64,000 bases of DNA from a virus. The translations under genes were made by a program, and so were the position numbers. Shown here piece by piece: positions 58,382 through 64,000 of the stretch. The stretch is taken from positions 48,463 through 112,462 of the IMG/VR virus record IMGVR_UViG_3300037086_000474. One strand, 5' to 3'. A model generated the notes under the pieces. The model ran no database searches. It was not told the origin of the DNA and worked only from the letters and a program-made list of their open reading frames with translations. Each line of letters begins with the position of its first letter. Position 1 is the first letter of the stretch.

Positions 58382-59101
58382 ATGACCTTTGTCACTGGCG
58401 ATTGTCATGGAGTAAGCCTAAACAGTGAAATCATGAAGCTCTCAAAGAGCAACTGGCCTCTTTCTAAGTCACTGACAAAGAGAGACTATCTCATCGTCGC
58501 CGGTGATTGGGGAGTCGTTTGGAGCGGCCTCCTTGATTCCATCAAAACCGAAAACTATCTCATCAACTGGCTCAACAATGCCCCATTTACAACTCTCGTT
58601 GTTCGTGGAAATCACGACAATCCTCTCCGTCTTGCCGACTTTCCTGAGGTGGAAATGTTTGGAGATGTTGTCAAGCAAATCTCTGACACTATTTTCTATC
58701 TGCTCGATGGCCATATCTATAACATCGACGGCAAGATCATCTTTGTTTTGGGTGGAGCGGACTCTTTTGACAAGGCACAGAGGGTCGAAGGAGTTTCTTG
58801 GTGGAGAGAAGAGATTCCATCCTACATGACCATCAAGGAAGGTGTTGATAGGCTGGCCAAGATCAACTTCAATGTGGATTATGTGATTACTCATGCCATT
58901 TTCACAGAGGCCTATGAGGCTCTGTGGGGTAAACAGGCTAATGATCGCCACTTCAGAGATCCCATGATCAAGAGTCTGCAAGTAATCAAGGACAGTTTGA
59001 CCTACAAAGCTTGGTATTGTGGTCACTATCACAAAGACCAATATCTTGCTGATTATCGTGTTCGTGTTCTCTACTACAAAATAGTAGAAATAGGAGCATA
59101 A
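58382..59101 (+). CDS. calcineurin-like metallophosphoesterase
   Basis: GDCHG, GDWG, GNHD, ITH, GHYH. Confidence 0.92.
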   Translation: MTFVTGDCHGVSLNSEIMKLSKSNWPLSKSLTKRDYLIVAGDWGVVWSGLLDSIKTENYLINWLNNAPFTTLVVRGNHDNPLRLADFPEVEMFGDVVKQISDTIFYLLDGHIYNIDGKIIFVLGGADSFDKAQRVEGVSWWREEIPSYMTIKEGVDRLAKINFNVDYVITHAIFTEAYEALWGKQANDRHFRDPMIKSLQVIKDSLTYKAWYCGHYHKDQYLADYRVRVLYYKIVEIGA

Positions 59102-59102
59102 G

Positions 59103-59717
59103 ATGAAGATAACTTTGCTTGGTGATTCTATTTTCGACAACGCTCGTTATGTAAATCCTGATGAAAGGTCAGTGATCGAACATCTGAAGGCTGTTGGAAT
59201 GGATGCTGATCTTCTGGCTGTTGATGGAAGCATCACACTCGATGTCACAAGACAGTTGGAAAAATGTTCTAATCTCACGTCTCACTTCGTCATCAGTTGT
59301 GGTGGAAATGACGCTCTCTACGCAGAGACTGTGATTTCAACCGCCATAACCGCTCAGTCCCTACTGCATGCTCTTCAAAACATTCAGATGGATTTCAGAA
59401 TCAACTATCATCAACTCCTTGCAAAGATGAAGGAGACTGGTATTCCGACTTTCGTCTGCACAATCTATGACAAGATCCCACATTTCAGTCCTGAAGAGCT
59501 AACTTTGCTTTCCATTTTCAATGATGTCATCATTTCAACAGCGACATTCTTTGGGTATTCAGTGATTGATCTCCGTCCGCTTTGCAACGATCCCAAAGAT
59601 TATTCAGAGCTTTCACCCATAGAGCCTTCAAACCAGGGAGGGGAGAAGATTGCAAACAAGATCGCTAGCACACTGAAGCGTTGGAACCCAAAGTTCAGCA
59701 AGACGGTGATCTTTTAG
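59103..59717 (+). CDS. SGNH/GDSL hydrolase
   Basis: LLGDSIFDN, GGND, PIEPS...GGEKIA. Confidence 0.85.
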   Translation: MKITLLGDSIFDNARYVNPDERSVIEHLKAVGMDADLLAVDGSITLDVTRQLEKCSNLTSHFVISCGGNDALYAETVISTAITAQSLLHALQNIQMDFRINYHQLLAKMKETGIPTFVCTIYDKIPHFSPEELTLLSIFNDVIISTATFFGYSVIDLRPLCNDPKDYSELSPIEPSNQGGEKIANKIASTLKRWNPKFSKTVIF

Positions 59718-59726
59718 GAGGATGAT

Positions 59727-59939
59727 ATGAAGAGAATCATGGACAATGCGGTAATGAAGATGGACAAGATTGTGAAGCGGAACAAGATTCCCGCGCACAT
59801 CGGGATCAATGACCCCAAGAAGATCATTTTCGTCTATATCACCCGCCATGTCTCCGCGAGGACGCTCGGCAAGCTGCCCACAAAACTCGGCACATATACC
59901 GTTGAGACGAAATATGTCGGTGAGGTCGTTCCGGCTTAG
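59727..59939 (+). CDS. hypothetical protein
   Basis: GGAGG SD; 70 aa. Confidence 0.6.
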   Translation: MKRIMDNAVMKMDKIVKRNKIPAHIGINDPKKIIFVYITRHVSARTLGKLPTKLGTYTVETKYVGEVVPA

Positions 59940-59976
59940 TTTTTAGAGCCGGTGGTTTCTGTAGTATAATGAACTC

Positions 59977-60864
59977 ATGATGAAACAGGAGAGAACTGTG
60001 AAGAAGATTGCTGTCACAAGCGGAGCTGCTCTGATTTCCAAGGCCAAGTCGGCCCCTGCCAAAAAGGACGAGTTGTATGATCTCTACACCATGTGTGCAG
60101 AGCTCAACACCACGAATTCCATGAATGGAAAGCTGGAGATCCTCAAGAAGTATCCCCAGTGCAAACAGCTTCTCACCTACACCTACGATCCATTCAGACA
60201 GTACTATGTGTCTTCTGCAAACCTTCAGAAGCGCCAGGACCTGGTCGAATACACGAAGTTCTCTCTCATCGAAATCCTCGACAAGCTCGCAAATCGCGAA
60301 GTCACTGGCCACAAGGCCATTGCTCTTGTGAATGGGTACGTCTTCGCCAATCTCCAGTATCAGGAACTCATCTACAACATCTTCAAGCGAAACTTGAAGA
60401 CGCGTGTAGATTCGTCCCTCATCAACCGCATCTGGCCAGGAACGGTGCCCGCGTTTGATGTCGCCCTCGCCTACAATTACGAACACCGGAAGGACAAGGT
60501 TGATTTCACCAAGCAGAAGTGGTTCGCTTCGCGGAAGTTGGACGGCTGTGTCTCGGGTGATTCCATCGTAGAGTTTGAAGATGGGTCGAAGTCTACAATG
60601 CGTGAAGTTGTCGAGGGACGAATCAACAGGAAAATCAAGTCATACAATGACGTCACCAAGAAGATTGAATACAAAGAGATCACGGCCTACGTCAAGAACG
60701 GTGACGACATCCAGGAAAAAGGTTATCAGTGGTATGAGATTGTGTTGGAAAATGGAGTCAATCTCAAGCTAACTGGAAATCACCGGGTTTATCTTCCTGA
60801 ACTGAAGTGTTACCGGCGCGTCGACGAACTTGAAGGGAGCGAAGAACTTCTGTTGGACATCTAA
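59977..60864 (+). CDS. ATP-dependent DNA ligase N-terminal half fused to an N-intein (split gene)
   Basis: T4-type ligase N-domain (YTYDPF..YYV, LANREVTGH, LINRIWP) ends at motif I RKLDG, then intein CVSGDS...LTGNH...stop. Confidence 0.88.
   Translation: MMKQERTVKKIAVTSGAALISKAKSAPAKKDELYDLYTMCAELNTTNSMNGKLEILKKYPQCKQLLTYTYDPFRQYYVSSANLQKRQDLVEYTKFSLIEILDKLANREVTGHKAIALVNGYVFANLQYQELIYNIFKRNLKTRVDSSLINRIWPGTVPAFDVALAYNYEHRKDKVDFTKQKWFASRKLDGCVSGDSIVEFEDGSKSTMREVVEGRINRKIKSYNDVTKKIEYKEITAYVKNGDDIQEKGYQWYEIVLENGVNLKLTGNHRVYLPELKCYRRVDELEGSEELLLDI
60547..60864 (+). mobile_element. N-terminal split-intein fragment (105 aa)
   Basis: Block A CVSGDSIV and block B KLTGNHRV; no C-terminal HN block before the stop. 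Confidence 0.85.
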
Positions 60865-60865
60865 C

Positions 60866-61759
60866 TTATTTCAACCATTCATTCAAAATGTCTTCATATT
60901 CTCTTCTGCCTATTTGTGAGCACCATACTACAACAACACGATAACCAAAACTTTTTAGGTGTTCCTCTCGAACTTTGTCGAGATACCAAATCTCAGCAGC
61001 CGTGATCTCACCCTTGAATCTTTTTATTATGTCGGTGCCTTTGTACCTATCTGGATTGGCGTGCCACTTGTCTCCATTTACTTCTATTATCAACTTTCTA
61101 TCTTCAATCAGTATGTCGGGTCTTGGAGAGTATATTCTACCAAGTTGATCATTGAATTTAGAAAATCTCGTTCCATCTTCAGAAACAAAATCAATACCTT
61201 TCTTTTCCAAAAATCCTTCTATAATTTTGTGTCCTATAGATTTTCTGCCTGCATTGCTTTTTCTCCAAGGAACATTTGTCGGATTTAGAACACCATGGTG
61301 CTTATATAGTGTGTCTATTGATTTCGCTTTGATTTCTTCTAGCTGAAAAACATTCTTCACTCCATACTTTCGTTCTACGGTTGCGTTTCTTTTATAGTAT
61401 GATGTGGTGTTTTTGGACAGGGCATTTACTTTACCATACTTTTCAAGACAGGATTTTTCGTACTTTTCTCGAGTGGCTGGATTGTTCATAGCTTCTTTGA
61501 CTGATTTCGTCTTCAATCCAAATCTTACGGCATATTCTATGACTGTTCCTGCATCTATGATGGGTGAAAGATGTAGTGATATGGCTATGTCGTTTGCAGT
61601 TCTGTTGTTTTCAATATATTCTTTCTGAAGAAAAGCCAGGGTCAGGTTGTCATCACGGATTTTCTTAGTATTGCTTATCCAAGTGGGGCACTTGCCCTTA
61701 TGACCATGCAGAGCATTTTTAGAGTCGAATATTTTACCACAGGCGGTACATTTATACAT
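60866..61759 (-). CDS. Vsr/DUF559-like free-standing homing endonuclease
   Basis: GGGAG SD before MYKCTACG (Zn finger); YGVKNVFQ-type repeats; PDIL...IIEVNGDKWH...GYRVVVVW. Confidence 0.8.
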   Translation of the reverse strand: MYKCTACGKIFDSKNALHGHKGKCPTWISNTKKIRDDNLTLAFLQKEYIENNRTANDIAISLHLSPIIDAGTVIEYAVRFGLKTKSVKEAMNNPATREKYEKSCLEKYGKVNALSKNTTSYYKRNATVERKYGVKNVFQLEEIKAKSIDTLYKHHGVLNPTNVPWRKSNAGRKSIGHKIIEGFLEKKGIDFVSEDGTRFSKFNDQLGRIYSPRPDILIEDRKLIIEVNGDKWHANPDRYKGTDIIKRFKGEITAAEIWYLDKVREEHLKSFGYRVVVVWCSQIGRREYEDILNEWLK

Positions 61760-61897
61760 TTTATATCTCCCTGAATGTATATAAATATGCATCGAGGAAG
61801 ATGGATGGAAATATGTTCGACATTTTAGAGAGAGTGGCCAATATGATAAGATTTCTTCTAACAAAGATTCTTCTAGATAGAAGGGAAGGGTACGGAG

Positions 61898-62485
61898 ATG
61901 AAGGCAAAACAGAGGAAAGAGATTGAAGAGAATCCCGCTGCTTGGATAAGAAGTACAGCAAAGTTCTTCTGGAACGTTTTTCATGACGAAAGCGACTACA
62001 TTCCTGCTTTCATAGAGAAGTTGCTTGCTGGTGGCGGTGGCAATTCCATGTTCAATCAAAGTTGGGTGTTTACATCTTCTCTCTTTGTTCAGAGAAGAAT
62101 CTCTAGTGAGGCAGTAAAAGTATTGGAAGAGCTTGGTCTTTCAAAGAACAACATACCTCATGATTTGTTGCATGATAATGCAAAGGGAGAAGCAGACCGG
62201 AAAGCAATTGGAAAGCTTCTGCATGAGGACCATTGTCCAGGAAACGTGAAAGTCATGCACTTGATCAGGGACAAGATACGGTCGTACCCTCTGACTGCAA
62301 CCTTTGAAGACATCGCAGATGACCTTTGTGAGTTTTTGAAAACTGTCCAGACTCTGGACATTATTACAGTCAAACAGGACGATATGAGAACCTTGAAGAG
62401 CAGCGGCTTTGTGAAGAAGCAAAAGGACATGTTTACTCACGAGGAAAGAGATGCTCTTCTAGATGACGAGTGGGAGGATATGTAA
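61898..62485 (+). CDS. hypothetical protein, possible His-metal nuclease
   Basis: GGAG SD; HEDHCPG...DIITVKQD; early-type promoter at 61823. Confidence 0.55.
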   Translation: MKAKQRKEIEENPAAWIRSTAKFFWNVFHDESDYIPAFIEKLLAGGGGNSMFNQSWVFTSSLFVQRRISSEAVKVLEELGLSKNNIPHDLLHDNAKGEADRKAIGKLLHEDHCPGNVKVMHLIRDKIRSYPLTATFEDIADDLCEFLKTVQTLDIITVKQDDMRTLKSSGFVKKQKDMFTHEERDALLDDEWEDM

Positions 62486-62526
62486 GATCGAACATAGTCA
62501 TCCATAGAGTTTCATGGCCCCAAAAT

Positions 62527-62558
62527 ATGGGCTCTATTACAGAGCCCATTTTGTTTTT
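62527..62558 (+). terminator. intrinsic terminator
   Basis: atgggctct-attac-agagcccat-tttgttttt. Confidence 0.8.
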
Positions 62559-62665
62559 AGACCATTGGCTCGATGAGAGTTTATACGGTTGAAAACCGTG
62601 GAAAAGCATATTTTCATTCTATAGAAGAAGACCAATGTGATAAGAGTTGAATTCAAAAATGATAA

Positions 62666-63700
62666 ATGGAAGGATATTCAAAATTGAGATCTGAAAAAGC
62701 AAAGAAATACGATTTTTGGCCCACCCCAGAAATTACAAAAACAGATTTATTTTCTCTAATCAAAGATTTTTCAGGAACATGGGTAGAAAACTCAGTAGGG
62801 CAAGGAGCGCTCCTTTCAGCACTTATTGACAAGGGCGTCAAGCAAAATAAAATAACTGCAATCGACATTGACAAGGATAACATAGACCATTGCAAAGAAC
62901 TGTGGCCCCATGTGAATTATATTCATGGAGATTTTCTTGATAGCACTGGAAAATGGGACAACTGTGTCTATAATCCACCATTCACTAAATGGGAAGAGTT
63001 TACAAGAAAATCATTGGAATGTTGCGAAAATCTCTATGCAATATTGCCCAACAATTGGGCCCATAGTCCTAGAGCAAGGTATTTTGATTTACAGTCTCGT
63101 ATTGTAAATGAGGTGTATGACAGAAAATATTTTTGCGAGTTTGGTATTCAACAGTGTATCTCTCTTTTCGTGATAAAGAAGGATCACTATGTAGATCACA
63201 GCATTGCAAAAGAAAAATATTTTCATGAAAAAGATTTACTAGCAAAAGTTGAAAATGGACAAACAACAGATGCATTCAAACAAAAACTGGTTGATCAAAG
63301 ATTTGGAATAATTGTCCCATGGGGACCAACATTCAATAATAGTGGATGTCTTCCAAGAGGAACTAAAGTGAATTTGGGTCCCGTTGTTCGTGCAATTCAT
63401 CTATCAAACGAATTTTATGTAGACGAAAACTTTGTCATGTACAATGGAAAACTAAAATCTGGTAAAGACTTTGAGTTTCTCTATATTAGACGTCATACTA
63501 ACGATAGAGTACAGAAGGGAAGCCGAAGAGACGCTGTTTGGTGTCTATATTGTGAAAATGAAAAGGAATTAGATAAATTGATTGATTTTTATATAAACTA
63601 TCCAGTGGATTTTCATTGTAAGTTTTCTAATTGGAACTGTTCAAAACATACTATAGTACCAGATTGGTATGCAAAAAAATATGAGTCACTTGAGAAGTGA
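62666..63700 (+). CDS. N6-adenine DNA methyltransferase (gamma order)
   Basis: FWPTP, ENSVGQGAL motif I, IDID, GDFL, VYNPPF motif IV. Confidence 0.85.
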   Translation: MEGYSKLRSEKAKKYDFWPTPEITKTDLFSLIKDFSGTWVENSVGQGALLSALIDKGVKQNKITAIDIDKDNIDHCKELWPHVNYIHGDFLDSTGKWDNCVYNPPFTKWEEFTRKSLECCENLYAILPNNWAHSPRARYFDLQSRIVNEVYDRKYFCEFGIQQCISLFVIKKDHYVDHSIAKEKYFHEKDLLAKVENGQTTDAFKQKLVDQRFGIIVPWGPTFNNSGCLPRGTKVNLGPVVRAIHLSNEFYVDENFVMYNGKLKSGKDFEFLYIRRHTNDRVQKGSRRDAVWCLYCENEKELDKLIDFYINYPVDFHCKFSNWNCSKHTIVPDWYAKKYESLEK

Positions 63701-63703
63701 GAT

Positions 63704-63964
63704 TCAAATAAGAACCGTTTGGATCATTTTCCGCATCATCCATTCTCGGTCTGATGATTTTATATGTTCCCAAAAATAAGATGTAATATCTGAGTCCTCC
63801 TCATCTTCATGTGAATGTGTATAAAACACATATTTGCCTTTTTTGGGAGGAAGAGTCTTTCGTTTGTTTGAGATATGATCCCAACTAATCCGAAGCTGAG
63901 CTCCATCAAAACTCCAAATAACAATTTCAGTTCCCGTGTCGTAATAGCTGTAAAATATCTGCAT
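63704..63964 (-). CDS. small protein, C-terminal-motif family; paralogue of 39734..40009
   Basis: FWEHIKSSDREWMMRKMIQTVLI; AAGATA 6 nt before the ATG. Confidence 0.7.
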   Translation of the reverse strand: MQIFYSYYDTGTEIVIWSFDGAQLRISWDHISNKRKTLPPKKGKYVFYTHSHEDEEDSDITSYFWEHIKSSDREWMMRKMIQTVLI

Positions 63965-64000
63965 ATGGATTATCTTGTCTTTAGGGCATAGTTTGTAATG

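Noticed and set aside
61760-62059. N-terminal 100 aa of the 397-aa ORF 60866..62059
   Set aside because: It overlaps a + strand gene and promoter; the SD and GCATA box support a start at 61759.
62555-62584. TTTTAGAC as another early promoter
   Set aside because: The box is mismatched and there is no TAnnAT at the 16-nt spacing.
1-64000. Stop-codon reassignment
   Set aside because: Recognisable genes (pncB, nadE, rtcB, terL, rIIA) are full length in the standard code and end in TAA, TAG or TGA.
1-64000. tRNA, rRNA or other structured RNA genes
   Set aside because: No cloverleaf or rRNA-like sequence recognised and intergenic gaps are short; a covariance-model scan was not run.

Overview
A 64 kb segment of a large (probably jumbo) dsDNA tailed phage, mostly + strand, standard genetic code. 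The left ~40 kb is late/structural: a 2555-aa repetitive tail-fibre-like protein and paralogues, a T4 gp55-like sigma factor, an intein-containing large terminase, an M23 peptidase, a degenerate lytic transglycosylase, an IS605-type TnpB and a Hef-like homing endonuclease. The right ~24 kb is an early/middle host-takeover and repair region: pncB, nadE, Nudix, ADP-ribosylglycohydrolase, rtcB, rIIA, a truncated rIIB, a metallophosphoesterase, an SGNH hydrolase, the N-half of a split-intein DNA ligase, a Vsr-like endonuclease and a DNA methyltransferase. Most notable observations: (1) about 16 dispersed, divergent small proteins share a C-terminal [RKHQ]-x-hydrophobic-hydrophobic-x-x-[IL]-F-[ED] motif and sit behind one promoter class; (2) a deamidated (Preiss-Handler type) NAD+ rebuilding gene set unlike NARP1/NARP2; (3) three readable promoter classes (TTTTAGAG-N16-TAnnAT, GCATAnTT, AAGATA), many leaderless; (4) a fractured DNA ligase whose C-half is not in the window. 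All family calls are by eye from motifs; no database searches were run.
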